DNA of 63,907 nt, counting the filler, from Octopus bimaculoides (Eukaryota): the NCBI RefSeq assembly GCF_001194135.2. It is 5 parts of 4 records of this genome, joined end to end, with 100 filler letters (N's around TTAATTAATTAA, not from the genome) between each part and the next. Parts side by side here need not be neighbours in the genome. Positions count along the whole stretch, not along the records: positions 1 to 27,857 come from NC_069004.1; 4 more parts are not named here. One strand, 5' to 3'. The notes below the pieces were generated by a model. It had not been told where the DNA came from, did not search any database, and saw only the letters and a list, made by a program, of their open reading frames with translations. Position 1 is the first letter of the stretch. Each line of letters starts with the position of its first letter. Both the position numbers and the translations under genes were made by a program. Shown here piece by piece: positions 14,448 to 26,440 of the stretch.

Positions 14448-14688
14448 GTTTCGTTTTAGTCGTGACCATGCTTGAGCACCACTTTGAAAGTTTTAGTTCG
14501 ACAAATTGACACCTGTTCTTACGTATTAAGTCCTTATGTACTAAGTTCTTATGTACTAAGTCCGCTACTTATTCTATCGGTCTCTTTTGCCAAATCGCTA
14601 AGTTACGGGGACGTAAGCACACCAGCATCGGTTGTCAAGCGATGTGGTGGTGGTGGTGGTGGTGGGAAACACAGACACACAAACATAT

Positions 14689-14744
<56 letters not shown>

Positions 14745-15026
14745 ANNNNNNNNNNNNNNNNNNNNNNNNNNNNNNNNNNNNNNNNNNNNNNNNNNNNNNN
14801 NNNNNNNNNNNNNNNNNNNNNNNNNNNNNNNNNNNATGTATATATATATATATATATACATATATGCAACGAGCGTCTTTCAGTTTCCGTCTACCAAATC
14901 CACTCACAAGGTTCTGGTCGGCCCGAGGCTATAGTAGAAAATACTTGCCCAAAGTGCCATTCAGTGGGAGTGAGCCCAGAACCATGAGGTTGGTAAGCAA
15001 GCAACTTACCACACAGCTACTCCTTT
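14448..15026 (-). mobile_element. SINE family A, near full length, internal microsatellite gapped
   Basis: Both family A halves in reverse orientation around (GGT)n/(CA)n/(TA)n and a gap; small internal TTATGTACTAAG duplication. Confidence 0.88.
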
Positions 15027-17342
15027 AAAATTTTATCATGTAATGTAATTAATCATTATTTAGTATAGAACACTATATAATAGCACTAGTCTTCTAGTTT
15101 ACTGTAAAAGTATCTTTGGGGAAGCTTTATAAAAGGGACTATTCCGCCAAATACAAAAGGGAACGGACTTTGGGAGGATGAAAATCTCACGCCAAGAAGG
15201 GTAACTATTTTCTATAGTTTAGCTTCCAAAAAAAGAGCTGCGTAAACTCTGAAATCACACCAGACTTTTATAAAATGGAAAGCAATGTTTGACGAAGTGA
15301 ATAGCAACAACGAGCAGAAAAAGAACAACACTGCATTATTTTCATTTATATCAATACAAGATGGCCATTTCTTTGATTGAAACAAAACAGGATAACAACA
15401 AACAAAACAGGATAACGTCAAACAAAACATGACGTCTATATATTGTTGCTTTTATTTATCTTTTAATTCGTTAAATTTCTTTTCCCATTAATTCGTTACC
15501 ACGCACTGAAATTTAGAATCATCACATCTTAAATAATGATTTTCCGACAGCTAAATTAACGATCATTCTTTTGAAATTATCCTCTGTTGTTGATCTTAAA
15601 CACAGAATATAGGTGACGAACTTGTAGTTATTGGAGTGTCGGAAAGTATGTCATGCAATATTCGGTGATGTTCTCTGAGCTTTGTGTTCAAATTTCACCA
15701 AGGAAAACTTTGCTTTTTATATTTATAAGGTTGGCTGATAAGTAAAACTATCAATCAAATAATAGAGGCAATCTATAGCTCTCTTTCCCTCTCTTTCTCT
15801 CTCTGAGTATAGGCTGACTGCAGTGTGTCCCTTGAGGAAAGTGAGAAGTATGTGAGTGAGAGTCGTCGAACACCATCTCATAAAACAAGGCTGAAGTGTT
15901 GCTACTGGGACCATCTCAAGACAAAGCAAGCGTCTTACAACATTATCTGAAAGAAAAGACTAATACGGTGCGACTGTACCAGAATACAGAATGGATGTGA
16001 GAAATAAGCATAGACTTAGCTCTCATAAACGATGGCTTTTCCTTATGTTTTTGGAAAGCGATTAGCAAATTCAGTAGGAAACAATGGCAGTTAGTGTAGA
16101 CTAAAAGCTAATGTATGTTCTGCACTCTATAATAATAGTGGTTATCAATGAAAATGCAGTGTTCTTAAACGAAAATTTAATGTATGTCTGTCAAACTTCG
16201 CATTAGTCACTTATTAAGACTAATTGAAGTTTCTTTCTTTCGTTTTTTGTTTTAAACTCTTCACTTATGTTAAGTGACGTTTTTTTTTTTGTTTTTTTTA
16301 TCTCGTTCATTTATTGATTGCGTCCGCGATGTTATCCTAATGTCTCTCCGAATCAAAAATGTAGATAATTCTAGGCGACGGAAGTTCCCAGAAAAATGAG
16401 ATTTTCAGTAAAGGTAACCTGAGTCCATTGAACGTTTTGGATTCTATAAAAGATCGAGAAATCAAAATTTGACATAAGATTTAAGATTTCAGTGAGGTGA
16501 GCCGAGTTCATTGTCCGCGTTTGCTTCAATAAACCATTCGATGTTAAAATATTAGAAAGGTGAGCTGAGTATGTTTCTCTCGATTCAATAGACTACTGGA
16601 CGATAAGATTCTACCGAAGTGAATTGCTTTTATTTTCTCGTTTCAGCAAGCTGTTAGATANNNNNNNNNNNNNNNNNNNNNNNNNNNNNNNNNNNNNNNN
16701 NNNNNNNNNNNNNNNNNNNNNNNNNNNNNNNNNNNNNNNNNNNNNNNNNNNNNNNNNNNNNNNNNNNNNNNNNNNNNNNNNNNNNNNNNNNNNNNNNNNN
16801 NNNNNNNNNNNNNNNNNNNNNNNNNNNNNNNNNNNNNNNNNNNNNNNNNNNNNNNNNNNNNNNNNNNNNNNNNNNNNNNNNNNNNNNNNNNNNNNNNNNN
16901 NNNNNNNNNNNNNNNNNNNNNNNNNNNNNNNNNNNNNNNNNNNNNNNNNNNNNNNNNNNNNNNNNNNNNNNNNNNNNNNNNNNNNNNNNNNNNNNNNNNN
17001 NNNNNNNNNNNNNNNNNNNNNNNNNNNNNNNNNNNNNNNNNNNNNNNNNNNNNNNNNNNNGTACACACTAACACTGACCACTTCCCAGCACCAACACCAC
17101 ACGCCATCATCCGCACACCCACACAGCATTATCTACACACACATTACAGACACACACATTTGCACACGCACACATTCACGCAACGTCAAACTCACACATT
17201 CTCAAATACACCCACGCGCACACGCACCTTCGTTTTGGGGCCACCAATAATACTTTATAATCCCCCTTTCTTTCAACCTCACCTATCAAACCTCATGTGG
17301 TTGGCGAGCGGACTTCTTACCGCTCAACCAAACCTGCACCTA

Positions 17343-17415
<73 letters not shown>

Positions 17416-17556
17416 GTGTGCGTGTGTGTCTTTATTGATCTTATATATTTCTATGTCATATTACCTCTGTTGACATTGTTGTTCTGACGCTCATGATGTG
17501 GCTGTTCCCGGTGGCTCAAAACTCCCCTTCACTTTACAAAAATACATTATGCAAAT

Positions 17557-17965
17557 AGGCGCAGGAGTGGTTGTGCGGTAAGTAGCTTGCCTACCAACCA
17601 TATGGTTCAGGGTTCAGTCCCGCTGCGTGGCACCTTGGGAAAGTGTCTTCTACTATAGCCTCGGGGTGACCAAAGCCTTGTGAGTGGATTTGGTAGATGG
17701 AACTGAAAGAAGCCCGTCGTATATACGTATATGTAAGTGTATGTGTGTGTTTGTGTGTCTGTGTTCGTCCCCCCACCATCGCTTGACAACCGATGCTGGT
17801 GTGCTTACGTCCCCGTAACTTAGCGGTTCGGCAAAAGTGACCGATAGCATAAGTACTAGGCTTACAGAGAATAAGTCCTGGGGTCGATTTGCTCGACTAA
17901 AGGCGGTGCTCCAGCATGGCTGCAGTCAAATGACTGAAACAAGTAAAAGAGTAAAAGAGTAAAAA
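17557..17965 (+). mobile_element. SINE family A, full length (tRNA head, CORE-like centre, (GTAAAAGA)n tail)
   Basis: AGGCGCAGGAGTGGTTGTGCGGTAAG head, GGTTCAGTCCC B box, CACCTTGGGAAAGTGTCTT core-like motif, internal TA/TG run, tail AAGTAAAAGAGTAAAAGAGTAAAA. Confidence 0.92.
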
Positions 17966-18540
17966 AGTATTTACTAACCAACAGCGTTTTAAAAGTCTTT
18001 CTCCGTTGAAACAGCTGGGAATAACATGAGGAAAGTAATTACTAATTACCAATTATCTTCAGATTTCCATTGCCTTTTCTCATATCCACTCTGTTCTATC
18101 AATCTCTGTTTCTTTCTATCATTGTATTTTCTGACCATCACGGTTGAACTGTTTTAATTCGCCCCCGGATCATCTCTGATCACGCAAATCTATGATCAAA
18201 GAATGTCTATCGTAATCATCTTCTCTTTTCAGTGCTATATACGAATTCATGTCAGAATGTGTTATTTCTTTATCTAAGTCGGGAGGGCAAAACATAAAAA
18301 GGAATTTTATCTGCTTTTCCTTCCGACCTCAAACGATCCTGTCGTGGCCTCTCTTGTTGACTCGCCGCTTTTGTGGCTTTTGTCGTCTTCTTGTCATTGC
18401 TGTTGTTATTAATCTAGCTATTCATCCTACGCCACATTATCATCTCACTTTTCCTCCTCCACTGCATCTTCCTTCTCCTCCCTCAATTTCTTTCATTCTT
18501 CATTTCTCTCCCACTTCTTTTATCTTTTGTTTCTTTTCAT

Positions 18541-18582
18541 TTTCTTCTTCTTCTTCTTCTTCTTCTTCTTCTTCTTCTTCTC
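18541..18582. repeat. (CTT)n microsatellite
   Basis: Direct reading. Confidence 0.95.
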
Positions 18583-18654
18583 TTTCTGTCTCTCCTGTCT
18601 CTCTCTCTCTCTTCTACTTCTTCTGCTTCTTCTCCTTCTTGGTTTTATTATTAA

Positions 18655-18875
18655 GACGGTGAGATAGCTGAATCATTACTACGCCGGATAAAATGCTTTA
18701 CTGCATTTCGTCTGTCTTTACGCTGTAAACTGAAATTCCACCGAGATCGACTTCGTCTTTCATCCAGTCGAGGTCGGTGAAATAAGTACCAGTTGAACAC
18801 TTGGGGCGATGTAATTGACCACTTCCCTCCCCAGAAATCTGAGGCCTTGTGCCTATACTAGAAAGGATTATTATT
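18655..18875 (+). mobile_element. SINE family B, full length diverged copy
   Basis: tRNA-like head, CCGAGATCGACTTCGTCTTTCATCC..GAGGTCGGTGAAATAAGTACCAG centre, GGCCTTGTGCCTATACTAGAAAGG(ATT)n tail. Confidence 0.85.
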
Positions 18876-18931
18876 ATTGTTATTGTTGTTGTTGTTGTTT
18901 ATGATGATGATGATGATATTATAGTTGTTGC

Positions 18932-19052
18932 TGAAAGAGCGAGCAGCATACGCCTTCAAATTCACGCTGGGGTAAAATATACGAAACCCAGTATACACAC
19001 CATGACTAATCGTCTGATAAGGATACACCAGGTAAATGCATCACAATTATAG
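18932..19052 (-). mobile_element. Element E terminal fragment
   Basis: CTGGGGTAAAATATACGAAACCCAGTATAC..CATGACTAATCGTCTGATAAGG matches 43495-43575. Confidence 0.75.
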
Positions 19053-19127
19053 GGGCACAATATTGTGACGTCATATGAAATTATAGTATGAAATTATAGG
19101 TGGCAGCAAGTTATAATTTTCTTAAGG

Positions 19128-19472
19128 GCGAGAATGACATTCCAAAGGGTGAAGTAGCGTGAATGGGAAACCATGCCCCATGCACCGTATTCGCCTGACA
19201 TTACCCCATGTGTTTATCATTTATTCCGCAGTCATGAAAATCGTTTGGACGGAAAAAATATGAATTCTGTATACAAGGTCAAAACAGCACTGGAGGAGTA
19301 TTTTTCGTCACGGACAAGTAAATTTTGGAAGAGGAGCCTTGCAAGTCTACCAGATAGATGGAAGAGCATTGTAGAAAATAAAGGAAAGTATATTTTAGAT
19401 AAAAAAATTTCTTTATCCTAATTTTGAAAAATAAAAGTATAAATTAAACTCATTATTTGTGGGATGACCCAG
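19128..19472 (+). pseudogene. Mariner transposase C-terminal remnant with right TIR
   Basis: ETMPHAPYSPDITPCVYHLFRS...RSLASLPDRWKSIVENKGKYILD; ends ...TTTGTGGGATGACCCAG followed by TA. Confidence 0.9.
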
Positions 19473-19513
19473 TATGCATATATATATATATATATATATA
19501 TATGCATATTGGG

Positions 19514-19550
<37 letters not shown>

Positions 19551-20300
19551 CGATGCGTTTTTCTTTACATTTCGATAACCATTTCTCACTTTACGTATCA
19601 TCATTTCCCCTTCTTATTCTCCCACACAGTCTTTTTCTCTCGCACATCGATGTCTTTAGCCCACTCTATCACTATCTCTCCCTTTTTATCATATTCTCTT
19701 TTTCTTGTCTTATCTTGTACCATTTTTAACAATAAGGCTTTCGTTATAGAACTTTTCTATTCGTATCCGGGTCACTGACGCGCACACATGCTCGCATACA
19801 CAGATGCAATGCAAATTTATATACGTTATACATGAGAGTGTTTGTCTCCGGGAGAAAGTGGGATCTAGGTATAATATTTTGATTAATTTGTTAGGAAAAC
19901 CATAAAAATAATACATCGTTATTTGAGAAATGTTCAGAATCTAATTTATGTCTATGGGTTTAATATACAGAATTACATTTTCAATCTACTGTTTCAATTA
20001 ATGAGCACGTCTGTGAGCTGTATAAATCAACGGCTTCAATTTAAAGAATTGCTAATGATCTAACTTTACTAAATGATAGATGAGTATTAACTTAGTTGAA
20101 ATCACAGCGTTGTGATTAAGCACTTCACTTTGCAATTATATGGTCTTGTGTTCGATTTCATTACGCGGCACTTTGCACGAGTGTTTTTTCATTACTGTCT
20201 GTATTTGAACACAATCTTATGAAATATATTTTAGAGACAGAAACTATGAAGAAGCTTTTTATAGAAACCGTAAAGTTTCTCGGTAAATCAAGTACAAAGT

Positions 20301-20431
20301 ATAGGTGGCACCAAGTTATAATTTTGTTAAGGGCGAGAATGACATTCCAAAGCTGAAGTAATGTGAATGGGAAACCATGCTCCATGCATCGTATTCGCCG
20401 GATATTACCCCATCTGGTTATCATTTATTCC
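20301..20431 (+). mobile_element. Second copy of the 19096-19227 mariner-containing segment
   Basis: ATAGGTGGCA.CAAGTTATAATTTT.TTAAGGGCGAGAATGACATTCCAAAG...GAATGGGAAACCATGC..CATGCA.CGTATTCGCC is shared with 19096-19227. Confidence 0.85.
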
Positions 20432-20636
20432 CTGGTTATCTCTACAGTGTTAATCTTCCAAATTTAACGAGGGAATCCAGTTCTGTGACAGCTGAAACTT
20501 TGTGAGGTTATATGTAGTTATTTCGGACGCAGATTTGTGTAGGTAAGAAGTGAAATTCGAAACCGGACGGCCACGCTATTATGTCATTTATTCACCACAA
20601 CATCTTATAAGATACTTTTACTTCATGTACATAAAA

Positions 20637-20850
20637 GGCGGTGAATTAGTAGAATAGTTACCGCGCTGGACAAAAGGCTTAGCAGCATTTCTTCCGACTT
20701 TACATTTTGAGTTCAAATTCCGCCGAGGTCGACTTTGCGTGTCATCCTTTCGGGGTCAACAAAACTAAGTAGCAGTTTAATACTGGAATTTATGTACTTG
20801 ACTTATCCCTTCCCAAGAAAATTCCACCCTTGTACCAAAATCTGAAACTA
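20637..20850 (+). mobile_element. SINE family B
   Basis: GAGTTCAAATTCCGCCGAGGTCGACTTTGCGTGTCATCCTTTCGGGGTC motif. Confidence 0.85.
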
Positions 20851-21675
20851 ATATTTATTTTGAAAACATCGTTATATATATATATTTTAAATGTAATTAT
20901 ACGAATGCGAGTATATAATTATAAATTTTGATGTGAGGAAAAAAAATATCAACTGACATTTATATTACATTTGTAAAGATAAGATTCTTTTATCCTTATT
21001 TCAGACGAATATATTGACTATTTTATGTCAACCAGGTGATCCGTAGCTTAAGGTGGTCTTTCCTATTAAAAGGACGTTTTTAAAATTTCTATAACTGATA
21101 TGCAAAATAGGAAAGAAAAGAGAACCAACAAGAAGCTAATATAAGACATCTTAAATAGCATTCCTTGTTTATGTTGCCGTAGGCACTTGTATTCTATTGC
21201 ATTTTTTAGGAATTCCAGTAAAATGTTGCTTTGCGACAAGCATATTAAAAAATATATTTCGATAGCTCAATCAATTTTATCTAAAGTTGTTTAGGTGCCT
21301 CGGGGACATTGACAAAAATGGGGGTTGAATCAATAATCTCAGTGAACAGACAGTTAAGCTTCGTAAAGACAAAAAGCATTTCCGTAGTATTCGCTAATTA
21401 ATAAATCTATAACAGCAGTAAATAATCTATGCGTTAGTCATGAATCCGGCAGGATTTGTCAGGCAGTGAAAGACTCCACTAAAATTTCCATTTGAATGAC
21501 AAGGCATTTGGGGAAAAGCTACTTTTTCTTACATAAGTTCCTGGAGGTTTTTTCAAATATGTATATACATAAATTTGGTTTTTACCTTGTGAAGAAGTTT
21601 AGTCATTTTCCTTTGTCAAAATATCGTAAGAAAATACAGCATTCTTACAAAAAAATCCTCAGAATTTATCCCTGA

Positions 21676-22338
21676 GCGCCAGAATTACCATGTGGTTAAG
21701 AAACCCGCTGTGCAATTATGTGATTGTAGGTTCAGTCACACTGCGCAGCACCTGTGCCTTCTGCTACAGCTCCACACTATGGTAGGATTAATTATTTTAG
21801 AATGATGTTGCTGGACGGAAATTGTGCGGAATCCCGTCATATGTGAGTCTTTGTATTTGTGTCTACGTCCATAAATTCATACACATGTGCACGCCCGCAC
21901 ACAGTGCGTGAGAAACGCTGTTGGTTCGTTTACATACCCGTAACCAGTACTTCTGGGAAACAGAATGACAGAATAAGAAACAGACTCAAAAGCAAGTACT
22001 GAAATCGATATGCTCGACTACACCCTTCAAGATTGTGCGCCAGCAAGGTGGCAATCCAATGACTCAAACAAGTAAAAGATAAAAAATAAAGACGATTTGC
22101 TGGATTAGTTCAAAATATCTTACGATATTGGTGAACAATTATAGATCTGCTCTCGGAAAGGACAGGAGTTTGTATTTGTTTATCTACACCACCCTACAAC
22201 TTCAAAAATAACTTCATTGCGGTTATGTGGTAAGAAGCTTGCTTGCCACTCACATGGTTCGTGATTCAGTCTCATTGTGTAACACCTTAGGCATTGCGTG
22301 AGTGGTTTTGGTAGACGGAATCTAAAACACACGCGCGT

Positions 22339-22374
<36 letters not shown>

Positions 22375-22610
22375 GTGTGTGTGTGTCTTTAGGTCTGTGT
22401 TTGTTCTACCCCTACACTACCACCATTTGACAACCTGTGTTGGTGTATCCACGTCTCTGTAAATTAGCAGTTCGTCATACGGGACCGAAGGAATAAATAC
22501 CAAACTTTAAAAAAACTAACTACTGGGTTTGATTCGTTCGACTCAAAGTTCTTCAAGGCGGTGACCCAGGATGGTCGCAGTCTAATGACTGAAGCAAGTA
22601 AAATATAAAA
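21676..22610 (+). mobile_element. Two diverged tandem SINE family A copies (about 21676-22092 and 22215-22610)
   Basis: Each has a TGTGGTAAGAAG-like head and the CCCTTCAAGGCGG..CCAGCATGG..CAGTCCAATGACTGAAACAAGTAAAA-type 3' end. Confidence 0.75.
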
Positions 22611-24036
22611 TAACATACTATATTTTAATACTGTATGTACGTCACATTATATGTTGATTGGGAATTAGAATTCTCATCTCTAAACATTGTCTGGATTATT
22701 TGTCTTCTGTGTAGTTTTTTTTTTTTTTTTCAATTTCCCTAAAATTGCAAGACTACCTTTCGAGTTATATTTAATACTAGCTTGGTTTGCATTATTTACA
22801 GCCTTACATATAGCATAATACTGAGGCACATATTTAAAATATAGTTGACATTTCAATATCACAGAAACCAGGAAAGTAATTTTAAAATTATAAAATTTCT
22901 GCTATAAATCATCATTAAAAACAGCTTCGCATTCTGCCTTCAGTGATCTTCCTTTCGCAATGGTTTTTGGACACAGTGCAGTAAGATTTTCCGCAAGAAA
23001 CGCGAAAGACTCGGAAGCAGAGCAAAATCTAACGTTTCCTGGAATAGATTTTCTTTTGACATTGAACAAAAGAAAGAAATCGTGATTTGAAGTTTTATTT
23101 AACTCTACGTTTGTAGATATTCAATTTTCTCCCAAACCGTTACTTATTAAATGTCCTTTAGGTATGCATGTTTTGATCTCTACTGGAAGTTCATTCGTTT
23201 TCATAAAAGCTGGAATGGCAGCTTAGTAAAAAGCTTGGTAACAGCTCGATAAAAGTTTGATAAAAGCTTGGAATCTATATCTTATAATGTCATATTACGG
23301 AGATGATACGTAAAAGACATACCAAAGACACTTTTGGTCATTGGGTTGCACCATCCAATGAAGAATCCTATTCCGAAACATCGGACATTTGCGTTCGTCA
23401 CAGCTAACAAACTTCATAAAATATTCTTGGTTTCAATCACCTGTGTTATAAAATTGAAATATCAGGCTCTCAGAATTTCCTTCGGATTCCGGACTTTACT
23501 CTAAGTCAATGAAGACATAGAATGGGCATTAAATATTCGAGTTGATTTCGATCTCACCGTCCATATGATCGCAAGCAATTCATGTCGATATATGTAATAA
23601 TGAACATTCTTACCTTCATTATTTTATCTGTAATCTCCCACCTATCCCCCCCACTTCACCAACTCTTTCGGCCCCCACCCTCCCTCTCTCTCTCTCTGAC
23701 ATTCAGAAATATTTTCAGCATTCAAACGTAGGATAAAAAGAACAATCTCTTTGTGAACTCAGGGACTGAGAACTTAACTTAGTTAAAGTCTGATGGACTT
23801 GAAGGAAAAAGCTGGACAGTAACAAGAGATTGAGATTATAGAAAAGAAATTATTAACGTGTGATCTTTGAACAGTAATTGATGCATCAGGCACTGCGGCA
23901 ATCTTCAAAATCTTACCTTTTCATATATTTTGACGAGCAACTAAGAAGAAATGTTATCAATATATCTTCGTCAATTTGATCTCTATCGTCTGCTACTACT
24001 TAAATAGTTATCGGTCTTTTAGTTACTACTGTTACT

Positions 24037-24090
<54 letters not shown>

Positions 24091-24977
24091 NNNNNNNNNN
24101 NNNNNNNNNNNNNNNNNNNNNNNNNNNNNNNNNNNNNNNNNNNNNNNNNNNNNNNNNNNNNNNNNNNNNNNNNNNNNNNNNNNNNNNNNNNNNNNNNNNN
24201 NNNNNNNNNNNNNNNNNNNNNNNNNNNNNNNNNNNNNNNNNNNNNNNNNNNNNNNNNNNNNNNNNNNNNNNNNNNNNNNNNNNNNNNNNNNNNNNNNNNN
24301 NNNNNNNNNNNNNNNNNNNNNNNNNNNNNNNNNNNNNNNNNNNNNNNNNNNNNNNNNNNNNNNNNNNNNNNNNNNNNNNNNNNNNNNNNNNNNNNNNNNN
24401 NNNNNNNNNNNNNNNNNNNNNNNNNNNNNNNNNNNNNNNNNNNNNNNNNNNNNNNNNNNNNNNNNNNNNNNNNNNNNNNNNNNNNNNNNNNNNNNNNNNN
24501 NNNNNNNNNNNNNNNNNNNNNNNNNNNNNNNNNNNNNNNNNNNNNNNNNNNNNNNNNNNNNNNNNNNNNNNNNNNNNNNNNNNNNNNNNNNNNNNNNNNN
24601 NNNNNNNNNNNNNNNNNNNNNNNNNNNNNNNNNNNNNNNNNNNNNNNNNNNNNNNNNNNNNNNNNNNNNNNNNNNNNNNNNNNNNNNNNNNNNNNNNNNN
24701 NNNNNNNNNNNNNNNNNNNNNNNNNNNNNNNNNNNNNNNNNNNNNNNNNNNNNNNNNNNNNNNNNNNNNNNNNNNNNNNNNNNNNNNNNNNNNNNNNNNN
24801 NNNNNNNNNNNNNNNNNNNNNNNNNNNNNNNNNNNNNNNNNNNNNNNNNNNNNNNNNNNNNNNNNNNNNNNNNNNNNNNNNNNNNNNNNNNNNNNNNNNN
24901 NNNNNNNNNNNNNNTATATATATACATATAAATATTTATAGAGAAAGCTTTGGATTCATAGATATACATATATATAT

Positions 24978-25047
<70 letters not shown>

Positions 25048-26321
25048 GTACTTACATACACTCATACGTATGTACATACATACTTATATACACACGTACA
25101 GACAGACAGACAGGTAGACATGTATATTCTGCTGAGGTTTGCTGCCAGACCAGACCCGATCAATCGAACACGTTATCAAAGCCATTGCTGACGTAACCAG
25201 CACATTTTTTGTTGTTGTTGCTATTATAGTTGCTGTAGTTGTTTTTGTTGTTTGTTGTTGTTGTCGTCAGATCCAATCAATGACAGTCGCACTACACAAT
25301 CTAATATCATAACATCCAATTAGTCACTCTTTTTATTTTTATTTTTTTTATTATTATTTTTATAGTTGTGAATTTCTTTACTTTGTATTTTAAAAGTAGT
25401 AACAGCGTTACTTCAGAGCGATTGCGGCTGCTTTTTCTCGCAGGTAAGAATAATCACGTAGAAGTCATTTTACTGACTCGAATGAATTTAAACAGCTGTC
25501 GCTGTTGTTGTTTAAACCCATGTCAGCTCTGATCAAACAAATTCAGGATCAAATCATTCATTCTACTCTTTTTCTTATATGTAGATAGCTCAAGAACACA
25601 CAATTCCAACGTTTCGTTTTCTAAGACGATGAGGGAGACCTAGTTGCTCTGAGGAGCACGCAGTAGTCTCTTGATTGGATCAACTCAAAAGCGATACAAT
25701 TTTGATTTGTACTTGTATTTCCTTTTACTGTTATTATTGTTGTCGTTGAGCCCCCAGGTCATCTATGACCGAGAAAATATATGTTGAAAACCATGCTATC
25801 CATCGCCATAATGATATTTTACGATGCGCAATGAATCTAAGAACTGATTATCCACTATGTATTTGCTATAACGGTAATGTCTTTTTTTGAGTTTGGTTTA
25901 ATTGTTATTTCTCTCACCCTCAATTTGCACCTGCATGTGCCAATCTGCAAAAGTTAAGAAAATCGCTGGCACTGATTTAATCATTCTAAGAAGGATTGTT
26001 AGGGACAGGAGTACTGCCTCCCCTACCGGAATAAAATTTGTTACGTTGCACTACGAAAAGGATCCTGGAAGATCACTCGCAACATCTGTTTTCTTCATAA
26101 AAAATATGTCTGATTATTGCGGCGTAGACGAAACGATATGTACCCAGTACTGAACAGAATAAGGAAGGAAGGAAGGAAAAAAACAAAGCAAGAAAGAAGA
26201 AAAGAAAGGGATGAAGAAATTAAGAAAAAGAAAGTGGTGAAGAAAGAAATAAACAGTTCAGAAAGGTTCAGTTCCACTTAGTCAGTAGAAGAAATATCGT
26301 TTAAAGAAAAACGAAATAAAT

Positions 26322-26393
26322 CGTCCTGGGTGGTATTGAACCACCGACCTCTCATTTAACAGTCAACGCGGTAACAGAATGCGCCACAAATAC
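26322..26393 (-). pseudogene. tRNA-Asn(GTT) pseudogene
   Basis: Minus strand GTATTTGTGGCGCATTCTGTTACCGCGTTGACTGTTAAATGAGAGGTCGGTGGTTCAATACCACCCAGGACG aligns with eukaryotic tRNA-Asn-GTT (anticodon at 26358-26360). Acceptor, D and anticodon stems are damaged. Confidence 0.78.
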
Positions 26394-26409
26394 AATATAT
26401 CTATATATC

Positions 26410-26440
<31 letters not shown>

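Noticed and set aside
22930-23045. CpG-containing stretch with a minus-strand acceptor and open frames
   Set aside because: No donor, no homology recognised, and frames end in stops; could be non-coding or old TE.
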